64,000 nt of DNA from an uncultured Bdellovibrio sp. (lineage in GTDB: Bacteria > Bdellovibrionota > Bdellovibrionia > Bdellovibrionales > Bdellovibrionaceae). Every line of letters begins with the position of its first letter. Positions within the stretch are counted from its first letter, which is position 1. The DNA lies in contig CAWVRN010000007.1 of NCBI GenBank assembly GCA_963932905.1, positions 32,001 through 96,000 of the forward strand, written 5' to 3'. Shown here piece by piece: positions 48,301 through 56,756 of the stretch. Position numbers and translations under genes: made by a program. The notes under the pieces are model-generated. The model did not search any database. It had not been told where the DNA came from and saw only the letters and a program-made list of their open reading frames with translations.

Positions 48301-48660
48301 ACCCGCGTCTGTTTTGCTGGCTTTAAAGTTTTCAAGCAAAGAGTAGTTATAGTAACCAAGCAATGCGATACCATCGTTTACTTTTTTGCTATCTAATTCC
48401 TCAAATTTCTTCTCGTCACTTAAAATCGAAGAGGCTTGACGAATGACCGCCGAGTAATTCTTCTTAGTCATATCGTCATAGATATTTTTCAACCAATTAG
48501 GATCACTTTGAATATCAACTAAATCGTCACGCGTTTCCGTAACGAATTCAGTTTGCTTTGCACCCTCGTGAGACTGCTTTTCCACTTTTCTAAAGTTACA
48601 AGCGCTTAAGCCCAGAGTCGTTGCTAATACTAGTGTGATGTGTGTAGTTATATTTTTCAT
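45307..48660 (-). CDS. Large hypothetical lipoprotein (paralog of 41167..44385)
   Basis: Lipobox LSAC; 1117 aa, helical. Confidence 0.8.
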   Translation of the reverse strand: MKNITTHITLVLATTLGLSACNFRKVEKQSHEGAKQTEFVTETRDDLVDIQSDPNWLKNIYDDMTKKNYSAVIRQASSILSDEKKFEELDSKKVNDGIALLGYYNYSLLENFKASKTDAGADAYLKWALKGCEKDLRGCESLNFLKRDQRSVSVITEILKLKEKTLKIDEYYKIIQLGFEVNNRLRTVELEMMYILRGKEYFEYLNSLGKVEAENKERHAKLFQIILSQNVIDKKDAKISEWLKKLEPWRYSAFDKSYTQLGSVKVFEVAAKGFIYEDKKLSPGLKQVINDLKSTKDSLGMSFHDSVLEIQEDIAKGNDEAKFKALSEDEKKKVRVAAVKTNVLKNFKINIEDLTSDSFYNEYFYVVDRLYRGHLGLEEANLFWEGTEKRQDYLDRTIRLYFKFEFLKMLFNTNIYMGNIFKQKDIPNEKLFDQVVNRSQTINDEWSMFLSRVETMAIFAKQKSNGRKSIMDDTEGVLRSISRNVKYLSIYPNMMVINDIMIDQEAEIKVKSFWGMDFKVTPKEVMKDMINGKIDEPWFIFGGDSAPINKTETIFSYYFGLESGVFDTFSIVTEDAGIKRSSKIKFFQNAVKRTLSEETSKLKKMIETMENMNSNNDVEFQNIMATCDLVKKGDLDFELKFAAEDLQKYLLFGNLTNATLNKLYSLYISGPISEYRGVRDDYESLNLQISSMMEILAQKLNSESDKQIIEELRKEIASYEDLKVKFFNVAVDQHKKASDCLNKLVLMERDRTLAVYELEAEHFGKVFDEADKLRKITDAKSKKDAQDALKTAMKMGVNDSVTDNQYTFSHWSLISRVMGYSQTLKPSVTFDLPDQQGIDGYNLKAMVVPFRDIGTKKQFTRDEFISYGLRTIQATSKSSFQWITSMIETQPLILKMESVMSLYNLSFDIEGGKAKGKITANDILAEAKNILSLIGISEREAKVLQLMKMKSRETKDKLVGILFDSPDSEFKGILDSSFEKWIQVENDMNEAADFHKAMANLEKFVFPVPAEVSGILESKYRNKVKAMDSRLNDILGSLMGIEKSTKASDFVIRYELNDGQRGMYSPDMIQDGNYRLISAEVLKNAQRKINNFHNVRTGECFKEQTTAKNCFSKQGKR

Positions 48661-48669
48661 ATCATCATC

Positions 48670-51600
48670 CTACTTCTGTATAAACACGCTGGCTTCAGGT
48701 AACCAGTAACCGTTCATGATTGCTGCCGAGCTGATGATCAGCGCGATACCTCTGAGCGTCTCTTCACAGGTCTCCTCTTTTGGTTTTTCCGAGAAGCCGG
48801 CGTAATTGTAATACGCTTTATAGGCGTCTTCGATACTGCGGATAAATTCTAAACGTTTATCATTCGAGAACGCGATACCATCTGGCATCTTGATACCTTT
48901 AAATTCAGGGACCGATGGATTAAAGAAGTAACGTAGACCGTTATTCACGCCGTTCATTCCCGTTAAGCACGAATTGAGCAATCTATCGTTTAAAGTCTTC
49001 AATTCTGTTTTTGGACCGAATGAATCTAATGGATCAGTTTGATCAGGGATAAAATCTAGTTTGTACGCAATCGCATAGCCTTCCGTGTTCGAGTACGGGA
49101 AGAAAGGAGTGATTGGGTAAATGAACATTCCTGGCGCTGAAGCAATGATTTTTCCACCTGGTAAGAAGTATCCCGATGCTGGGAATTCTTTTTTAGTGTC
49201 GAAATCTAGGATTGTCGTTTCAAAGCGTTCCATATCGTTTTGCGAGTTCTCTTTCGCTTTACCTTTCATTATAACGGCAACGGCTGACAGTTTTAATTCG
49301 TTCAAACGCTTCAAACGGTCCGCGTATTTTTCTGGTAACAAGTTAAAGTCATTGTGTGATTGCTGGAACAAGTACTGGAACCAACCCATCGACGAGATAG
49401 AAACACCCATTTTAGTGCGATCGCTATTATCAAGCGCACCGAAGTGTAAGTTCCCTTTCATATTCGCGGTCATAATTTCAACGAATTCTTTAGGATATAG
49501 CGAAGCATAGCTAAATTTGTAGTTGGGATCATCAAACAACGGAACATTCATCATACCAAAATCAGATGCATAAGGAACGCCGGTAGTTAATGTGAATAGT
49601 GCGCTGATTTTAAACGGCACACCCGTCATTTCTGTCCATGTACCAGAGAACTGACTCCAGTCGCGGCTAACGTCACCACCCGACATACCGCCTGGCGTGA
49701 ACCGGTTACTGAAATCTTTTTTAGTGAAGTCAGTTACGTTTTTAGCTACGAGTTCTTTCATTTCCTTCAAGATCAATTTATTTGCTTGGCAAAGCTCTTT
49801 CAATTGAGGCTTGTCTGCAAATAATTTTCTTAAATCTGGATTTGTGACGTCTGCTTGTCCGCAGGCTTCTGAGAAGTCATACAGGTTTTCTTCTTTACGA
49901 CGGATTTCGTCGAAATCGGCTTTGTAATACAAACGCATATAATCATAAAATAGTCTTAAACGCCCCATGACCTTAAATGATCGGCGCCATAAATAGTATT
50001 CATACGTTTCAGCATCCAAGCTCTTGTTATCAGAGAACGAGAACAACGATTGAATTTGCGTGTTGTAGATATCATCGAAATAGTTCTTCGCGATTGTTGT
50101 CGCGTTGTAACCTCGATCGAAACGATTACAGAATGGATCCATTGAAATCGATGCTTCGATATCATTGCATTGCGGGAAATAAGAGGCTTTATCAGGTACA
50201 ATACCGTTCTCTGGAACTTTAGTGTACGTAAAGTCGGCTGCCCCCGTCGTGTACGTTGGATATTCTTGTTTGTATAAATATCGTAGGACTAATTCATCTT
50301 GTGGGCCAGGCAAGACATTATCTGGCTCAAGAATCTCAGTCACTGGGCTGCGGTAACCCATCACCGAAGTATAATGAGTCATGTTTTTCTTAAGAGCTTT
50401 TTCGGTCAACTTGTTGTAGATCGCATCTGGTACTGAGCCTTTTGCCGGTAAGATGTTTTCTTTAAATTGGTGACCTAATCCTAAAAAATGTCCGAATTCA
50501 TGCGATAGTAATTCTTTGATGACGGACCGTAGCACTTTTTCATCGCGATCTGCTGTTGCTGGCAATTGATTTTTTGCGGCCATCCAGCCGGCACCAATGT
50601 CTTCGAAAGTTCTTTCTGTGCATTGGTATGGATGCGCTGCCCATTTATTTCTGTTTTTTGATTTCTTAAGATCTACACGGTCTTCTTCTTCCGCTTTAGC
50701 TAAGGCTAATTGTTTTTTGAAAACAGAATTGCTAACTAAAGATTTATAGAATTGAGCATCCACTTGCCCGCGTGAGCGTTCGAATTGATTTCTTAAGATT
50801 TTTGGTAAATTCGCCGCGATATGTTCCTTCATTGAAGGATTTGATTGCATCGTAGCGGCTTGCATTCCTTTTTTACCTGTTTCAGACAAATTGATATTCA
50901 CTTGGAAATTGGTGTCCGGCGCATAGTACGTATTAGCTAAGTTTGTTGGTTCGCTTAATGTTAATGGAATATTATCTAAAAAGTTAAATGCTTCGGCACG
51001 GCTTTGTTTTGCACCAACCGAAGATAAGTTATTGATCGAAAATGCTTTCACGTATTTTTCGATACCGCCAGCATAGATAGTAACCATACCCGATTTGATC
51101 TCGCCGTTTTTAACGTCAGCCAAGGCCATACCGATACCTAGCGGTGAGTATGACGAGATCTTTTCGTCATCAACCCAAGCAATCGTAGAGTATCTTAAAT
51201 CTAAAGAGTATTTAGAAGGTTCGTCGCTGACTACGAATGTATCTTTTTCCGTAGCACCGATCTTTTTAAACGTATCATTCCAGTCTTGGATAACTTCTTT
51301 AACTAATGGTTTCCATTTATCTGGCACATTCCATAAACGAATTTCGTGTTGTTTACGCAAATCCCAGTGAGCCGCATGAAGAATTTGATACAAACCTTGA
51401 GCTTTTTCACCCACGATATGTAGCACGTTCATCTTTTTGTAGTTCTTATCATTAAATGGAGTTTTCGTGAATGTGCTGTCATGTTCGAATGATTTGAAGC
51501 TAAAGCGAAGTTTGTTGACATTAGATCCAGCGAATCGACGATTTAATATAAAGGTAAAAAAGTTTTTTGATTTATCCCAATCTATCGACTCAACGCTTAT

Positions 51601-52194
51601 GTTGCCAGAATCGAAAAACAATGGTTTCGATTCACTCCACAAATTATTGAATGATAATTTTGAAAAATCTAGATCCATATGGGTTCTTGCAGACCAGTGA
51701 CTACGTCCGCTATTTTTAATTATCTTATTTGTATCACGGCCCTGACTATCTTTTTCAAGTTCCCAATAGTAGTGAGATTTAATTGGAATTGTCATTGCAA
51801 TTTCCCATCGTTTTGGATCATCCGGGAATGACGGGTTAATCTGCTTACCGACTAAGTCGTTTTCATTTATTTCAAAAACCAAATTACAATGTTCTGGTAC
51901 AATCGCATTATTAGTATAAAGCGCTTCCGACCAGCTACCGGTCTCCATTTCAGAAACCCAACCGCACAAAAATGTTTTTGGTACTTCTACTGATTTACCT
52001 GTTTTAGGATCAACTTTAGTTTCAACGAAGAACGACTTTTCGATGCCGTCGTCTGTTGGGACCGGGGTTTCTGTCGCTGGCGATTTGTAATTGCAATTTG
52101 CCAGAAATAAGAGGACGAAGAGCCCAAATACAAAGTGTAAACTTTTTTTACAGTTGAATTCGAATCTTGTTGAGCGCATAGCCACCAATCCCAT
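48670..52194 (-). CDS. Zinc-dependent metalloprotease lipoprotein (metzincin, EcxA/DUF4953-like)
   Basis: Lipobox LANC; HEFGHFLGLGH zinc motif, SVMGY Met-turn, GPQD...YLY and DPFCNRFDRG. Confidence 0.88.
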   Translation of the reverse strand: MGLVAMRSTRFEFNCKKSLHFVFGLFVLLFLANCNYKSPATETPVPTDDGIEKSFFVETKVDPKTGKSVEVPKTFLCGWVSEMETGSWSEALYTNNAIVPEHCNLVFEINENDLVGKQINPSFPDDPKRWEIAMTIPIKSHYYWELEKDSQGRDTNKIIKNSGRSHWSARTHMDLDFSKLSFNNLWSESKPLFFDSGNISVESIDWDKSKNFFTFILNRRFAGSNVNKLRFSFKSFEHDSTFTKTPFNDKNYKKMNVLHIVGEKAQGLYQILHAAHWDLRKQHEIRLWNVPDKWKPLVKEVIQDWNDTFKKIGATEKDTFVVSDEPSKYSLDLRYSTIAWVDDEKISSYSPLGIGMALADVKNGEIKSGMVTIYAGGIEKYVKAFSINNLSSVGAKQSRAEAFNFLDNIPLTLSEPTNLANTYYAPDTNFQVNINLSETGKKGMQAATMQSNPSMKEHIAANLPKILRNQFERSRGQVDAQFYKSLVSNSVFKKQLALAKAEEEDRVDLKKSKNRNKWAAHPYQCTERTFEDIGAGWMAAKNQLPATADRDEKVLRSVIKELLSHEFGHFLGLGHQFKENILPAKGSVPDAIYNKLTEKALKKNMTHYTSVMGYRSPVTEILEPDNVLPGPQDELVLRYLYKQEYPTYTTGAADFTYTKVPENGIVPDKASYFPQCNDIEASISMDPFCNRFDRGYNATTIAKNYFDDIYNTQIQSLFSFSDNKSLDAETYEYYLWRRSFKVMGRLRLFYDYMRLYYKADFDEIRRKEENLYDFSEACGQADVTNPDLRKLFADKPQLKELCQANKLILKEMKELVAKNVTDFTKKDFSNRFTPGGMSGGDVSRDWSQFSGTWTEMTGVPFKISALFTLTTGVPYASDFGMMNVPLFDDPNYKFSYASLYPKEFVEIMTANMKGNLHFGALDNSDRTKMGVSISSMGWFQYLFQQSHNDFNLLPEKYADRLKRLNELKLSAVAVIMKGKAKENSQNDMERFETTILDFDTKKEFPASGYFLPGGKIIASAPGMFIYPITPFFPYSNTEGYAIAYKLDFIPDQTDPLDSFGPKTELKTLNDRLLNSCLTGMNGVNNGLRYFFNPSVPEFKGIKMPDGIAFSNDKRLEFIRSIEDAYKAYYNYAGFSEKPKEETCEETLRGIALIISSAAIMNGYWLPEASVFIQK

Positions 52195-52345
52195 TTATGT
52201 TTGATTTGAACCTAAAGTCGTCGGGTTTTAAGCCCATGACTACATTCAGTTCAACTCAGACGGTTCTTAGGTATTAGTAATCCTATTTCCGTGCCCAGAT
52301 GTTAAATCGCATATTCGTGATTTGGGGAAAAGCACACTGACAGCC

Positions 52346-52362
52346 GATCTCAAAGTGAGACA
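52346..52362. promoter_or_regulatory. TGTCTCA-N3-TGAGACA-type palindrome
   Basis: gaTCTCAaagTGAGACA upstream of the metalloprotease operon; a GGCACG -24-like box on the minus strand at about 52290-52295. Confidence 0.55.
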
Positions 52363-52522
52363 GCTAGAAAAAAACTTTTCATAAAATGTAGCTTTATCTT
52401 TCACCGAACCGTAGCATTGTTCACCAAAAGTTCTACAAAATAAAATTCTCAAAAAACGGCGCGCCTACATGTTACCGTAATTGTAGAACCGTCCATAACG
52501 CGACACCTTTGGGAGTGGGCCA

Positions 52523-53755
52523 ATGAGTATCAAAAAGATGATACCAAAAGATCTGTATTCGTTTTTTCTCAAAAAAAATTTTTCGCCAGCGTCATCTATC
52601 AATAACAAAAACATAAAAATCAAAATGGCCACATCAAAAGAAGAATTTGATGCCGGTCTTAAATTGCTACACGATTGCTATACGTCTAAAAAATATATGA
52701 CTCCGGATCCATCTGGATACTTCTTTAGTTCATTCTCATTGCTTCCGGAATCGAACCTCATAGTGGCCACGCTCAATGACAAAGTGATAGGCTCGGTCTA
52801 TTTATATAGAGATTCTTATTTGGGCCTGCCATCAGACAAATATTATTCCAAAATCAACGACTATTATCGCAAGTCAGAATGTAAACTGGCTGAAATATCA
52901 GCCATTGCCGTACATGAATCTTTTCGAAACAAAGACCAAAGTATTTTTTTGCTGCTCATGAAATACGTTTTGATTTTTTCAAAGCAGTTCCTGGTTGCCA
53001 ATCGCTTGATCTTAAATATCGATATAGAAAACCAAGTGTTCTATGAATCCCTCTGGCCGTTTGAACGACGTGGTGGTATTTTAAAGTACCCCCATTCAAC
53101 AACAGCATTTTCGGTATTCATGGGCCTAGATTTATCTAAGATAAATCTAGAGCGCCGCAATTTCTTGAATTTAAACTTAAATACAAATTTAAATATCCAG
53201 GCGTTTATTGCTAAGCGTGACGAACGCTTTAAGTTCCCTGTCAGGAACCAAGGCCAAGTGATGTTTCCGACTTTAAACTTTGATATAATTCAGCACTTTT
53301 ACAGACAAAAGACGGATTTCCTTAGCAAGCTAAAGAAAACTGACTTTCTGTTTTTCAACGAGATCTACTATCACCTGTTTGATCGCGATCGTTTAGAAAA
53401 ACTAGTGGCTCCCGAGAAGATCGATTATATCATTCGAAAATACCGAGTCCCGGTGGATTTATTTGCAGTTTTAAATATCGAAGGTAAAGACGTATTTACA
53501 AAAATCACTGATATTTCCAGCGATGGCTGTTTTATAAAAATACCACTGAATCAAAACATCACGGCAATGCATGCTCAGGAAGTATCGGTAAAGTTTAAGC
53601 TTCAAGGCAAAAATTTTACGGTTGATTCAAAAATCATTTGGGAAAATAAAGGCCAAAGCAACAAAGCCTCCCGTGGGTTCGGGATTGAATTCGATAGCAA
53701 ATTACCAGAAATTTACGAGTTAGCAAAATCTATGCTTTATAACATTGCTAAATAA
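52523..53755 (+). CDS. FeeM-like N-acyl amino acid synthase (GNAT) fused to C-terminal PilZ domain
   Basis: IKMAT...LLHDCY...GLPSDKYY...LAEISAIAVHESFR GNAT core; PilZ IRKYR...DISSDG...IIW...GFGIEF. Confidence 0.75.
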   Translation: MSIKKMIPKDLYSFFLKKNFSPASSINNKNIKIKMATSKEEFDAGLKLLHDCYTSKKYMTPDPSGYFFSSFSLLPESNLIVATLNDKVIGSVYLYRDSYLGLPSDKYYSKINDYYRKSECKLAEISAIAVHESFRNKDQSIFLLLMKYVLIFSKQFLVANRLILNIDIENQVFYESLWPFERRGGILKYPHSTTAFSVFMGLDLSKINLERRNFLNLNLNTNLNIQAFIAKRDERFKFPVRNQGQVMFPTLNFDIIQHFYRQKTDFLSKLKKTDFLFFNEIYYHLFDRDRLEKLVAPEKIDYIIRKYRVPVDLFAVLNIEGKDVFTKITDISSDGCFIKIPLNQNITAMHAQEVSVKFKLQGKNFTVDSKIIWENKGQSNKASRGFGIEFDSKLPEIYELAKSMLYNIAK

Positions 53756-54013
53756 GAACTGGCTCCTTAGCTTGCGGCTAAGAAGCCAAATTCTATTGGA
53801 AAGACAGTTGTTTAGCTGAAATTTAAAAGCGCTGTCTTGAAACAGCTTTTCAAAAAAAAATTATTATCCGAATTAACTCGTAATACGTTCGAGTTTCGAT
53901 CCCTCAAAAAAGCGAGCGTGTTGAATCTTTCTGGGTTTTAGATAGCACGTTTTAAATTCACTTGATTTGACGATATTTTAATTGGCCTTAGCCGCAGGCT
54001 AAGGGGCCAGTTC
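53756..54013. mobile_element. 258-bp MITE/REPIN-like element, copy 1
   Basis: 27-bp terminal inverted repeats GAACTGGCTCCTTAGCTTGCGGCTAAG / CTTAGCCGCAGGCTAAGGGGCCAGTTC (2 mismatches). Confidence 0.7.
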
Positions 54014-54024
54014 ATAGTGTTTAA

Positions 54025-54282
54025 GAACTGGCTCCTTAGCTTGCGGCTAAGAAGCTAAATTCTATTGGAAAGACAGTTGTTTAGTTGAAATTTAAAAGAG
54101 CTGTCTTGAAACAGCTTTTCAAAAAAAAATTATTATCCGAATTAACTCGTAATACGTTCGAGTTTCGATCCCTCAAAAAAGCGAGCGTGTTGAATCTTTC
54201 TGGATTTTAGATAGCACGTTTTAAATTCACTTGATTTGACGATATTTTAATTGGCCTTAGCCGCAGGCTAAGGGGCCAGTTC
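54025..54282. mobile_element. 258-bp MITE/REPIN-like element, copy 2
   Basis: Direct repeat of 53756..54013 with 4 substitutions, after an 11-bp spacer. Confidence 0.7.
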
Positions 54283-55443
54283 AAACCGTGAAACTCTGAG
54301 ATGTGCCGGAATATTACCTCCGGCGAGTGATTCAACCAATACCTTAGCAGCATGGAATGATAACCCCATCCCGTGGCCCGAACAACCCGCCATCAAATGA
54401 ACATCTTTTAGTTCTGGTGATTCGCCAATGACCATTTGCCCATCGCTGGTAAATCCCATAATACCCGACCATTGATTTTTGATCTTGGCGTCCTTAGTGA
54501 AATCAAAAAAACCGCGAGTGAAATCCAATAAAGCATTTTGAATAGTATCGGACACTTGATCCGTAAACGTATTCTCTTTCTCTAGATCCAAATTTCTAAA
54601 GCCACCAATTAGTAGTTCACCTGTAGGCATTTGACGGAAATAACAAAGATGTTTCGTTAAATAGCAAGGGCCTTTGACTTTCTTAGGTAATGGTTCTGTC
54701 ACAATCACCTGCCCACGCTGTGGACGAACGATTTTTTCCCAAGACGGCCATAACAAACCTAGGTATCCATTTAAGGTTATCAAGACTTTTTGCGCACGAA
54801 TAGATAAATGCTGAGTTTGAACATGCACGCCTTGATTTGACTCTATTTTGCAGACTTCTTGATCTTCAATAACTTCGGTGCGTTTCAAGTGGCTGTGCAA
54901 TTCATTCAATAACAATACGGGATGAACTTCGCCATCATGCTTGTATTCAATACCGCCCTTGAAGCCTTTGACGGCATATTCTGATTTGATGCGATTTTCA
55001 TCGATCAACTCGACGGCAATTCCCAGGTTCGACATCGTGTTCGCCAATTCGATATAGCGTGAAAAGTCAGCATCGCTTGGTGCCACAGTACAAGATCCCG
55101 TACTAGCAAATAGTACTTTCGAAGAATTGTTTTTTATAATTTCGCTTTTAAGCAACTCGCGATTGTTTTCTGAAAACTGCCAAATCTCGACGGCTTTTTC
55201 AGTGCCAAAATCTTTTACTAGTTTTGCGAAATGCTCGGAAGAACCGCATGTCACAAATCCCGCATTTCGTCCGGAAGCTCCTGAACCGATTTTATGCCGC
55301 TCAACCAGTGTAACTTTTGAATTGGGATAGTTTTTTTCTAACCAGTAGGCCGAAGACAAACCAGCGATTCCCCCACCAACAATCAGAAAATCAGTTTCGA
55401 TATTTTTTTTTGAACTAGCGCTATTCCAATAGGAAATACTCAT
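54268..55443 (-). CDS. FAD-dependent oxidoreductase (DAO/PuuB-like)
   Basis: IVGGGIAG, GSGASGRNAG, WSGIMGFT and GCSGHGM. Confidence 0.92.
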   Translation of the reverse strand: MSISYWNSASSKKNIETDFLIVGGGIAGLSSAYWLEKNYPNSKVTLVERHKIGSGASGRNAGFVTCGSSEHFAKLVKDFGTEKAVEIWQFSENNRELLKSEIIKNNSSKVLFASTGSCTVAPSDADFSRYIELANTMSNLGIAVELIDENRIKSEYAVKGFKGGIEYKHDGEVHPVLLLNELHSHLKRTEVIEDQEVCKIESNQGVHVQTQHLSIRAQKVLITLNGYLGLLWPSWEKIVRPQRGQVIVTEPLPKKVKGPCYLTKHLCYFRQMPTGELLIGGFRNLDLEKENTFTDQVSDTIQNALLDFTRGFFDFTKDAKIKNQWSGIMGFTSDGQMVIGESPELKDVHLMAGCSGHGMGLSFHAAKVLVESLAGGNIPAHLRVSRFELAP

Positions 55444-55997
55444 TTTAGCTCCAATATCATTTCAATGGCGGTACAACGACATGGATTTCCATCACGCGTG
55501 CACACATAGTCTACATCAATCCAATAATCAGGATGCTCTTTCAATATTTTAAAGCCCACTTTGTTTAAATATTTAAACGATGAATTTCCCGGAGACTCTT
55601 TCCAGCAATGGGTCAATATCCCGCTGGCTTTTAACTGCCGCAATGCTTGAAGAGCACGATCGGACAATAGTGGTCCCCAGCCTTGTCCTTGAACATCGGC
55701 GGCAAGAAACAAACTCTGAAAATAACCCAATTCCGAAATCGGATACCCCCATAGATCAGGACTTAGCCTCTTTCCTTTTCCATGTTCCCACTGTCCCGGT
55801 GGATAGGCTAAACGCAATCCAAAAATTTTCGTATCTTCATCATCAACCAAAACAAACGAAGTAACGATACCATTTTTTTCAGATCGCAACTGTGCATCTT
55901 CAAGTTCTGATTCTGAATAATAATCTTTACCGATCTGCAGATCAGCAAATGATTTTACGTTCTTGATATCAGTTATTTTGAATTCTCGAATTTTCAT
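55440..55997 (-). CDS. GNAT-family N-acetyltransferase
   Basis: SLFLAADVQGQGWG acetyl-CoA motif; KYLNKVGF; start re-called at MKIREF. Confidence 0.85.
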   Translation of the reverse strand: MKIREFKITDIKNVKSFADLQIGKDYYSESELEDAQLRSEKNGIVTSFVLVDDEDTKIFGLRLAYPPGQWEHGKGKRLSPDLWGYPISELGYFQSLFLAADVQGQGWGPLLSDRALQALRQLKASGILTHCWKESPGNSSFKYLNKVGFKILKEHPDYWIDVDYVCTRDGNPCRCTAIEMILELK

Positions 55998-56451
55998 GTT
56001 TCGAGCAAAAGTCTTCCCTGAATTGAGTTTGAATGTCAACGGCGTCCCACTCTAATGATTCATCTTCGTGATCCCATTTTTGGTACATAACCTGCACATA
56101 ATGGGTCAGTTCATGAGCCAAGGAATCATCTATGCAGCGCTTTAAATCGTCATAGTAGGCTTTATCATCCATCAAAAAGATTCGATTGGTTTTTACACTG
56201 TAGACATTAGTAATAATCTCGGGCAAAAAGTTCCATTGATCAACCAGTGAACTTTGAAAAACTTCCAAAGAGGTCTGACTTTTTAGATGCAATTCTGGCA
56301 ACGGGATTTCAGGATTTCGAGCTAGTTTTTTCTTTGCTAGAACGTAATCTAAGATAACTTCTGTTGAGTAGGATAGTTTTGCCAGCTCTTCTGCTTGGGT
56401 GGTTACGGCTAGAAATACAAAGGCTATTATAAAAAGAAATGTAGTTTTCAT
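55969..56451 (-). CDS. Secreted protein with HExxH motif (putative zinc peptidase)
   Basis: Signal peptide; SLAHELTHYVQ...LEWDA. Confidence 0.65.
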   Translation of the reverse strand: MKTTFLFIIAFVFLAVTTQAEELAKLSYSTEVILDYVLAKKKLARNPEIPLPELHLKSQTSLEVFQSSLVDQWNFLPEIITNVYSVKTNRIFLMDDKAYYDDLKRCIDDSLAHELTHYVQVMYQKWDHEDESLEWDAVDIQTQFREDFCSKHENSRIQNN

Positions 56452-56756
56452 TTCTATAGTTCACGGGAAGATTTAGGGCTGGTCAATCGGAAACAGTATG
56501 GGGCTCCGACGCCGTTGGGTGTTGGGGTTTTAGGTTTGGCGTACCGTCGCTAAAATTCGAAGGATTTACAACTACAATATAAGCTATTTTCAAAAATGTG
56601 GTAATACCGGCCGTGATTTCAGTCTTCAGATGACTTGCTTTTATTTGGATCATACTTTTTGATAGGTTACGTGCCCCAAAAAGCTATGTATATTGTGATG
56701 CGATATGAATAATTCATAGAAGCTCACTCGTTTTTGTATTAAACAAAATAGCACGT

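Noticed and set aside
53756..54282. Possible CRISPR array
   Set aside because: Only two units, the would-be spacers are about 200 bp and nearly identical, the short repeats are inverted, and no cas genes are present.
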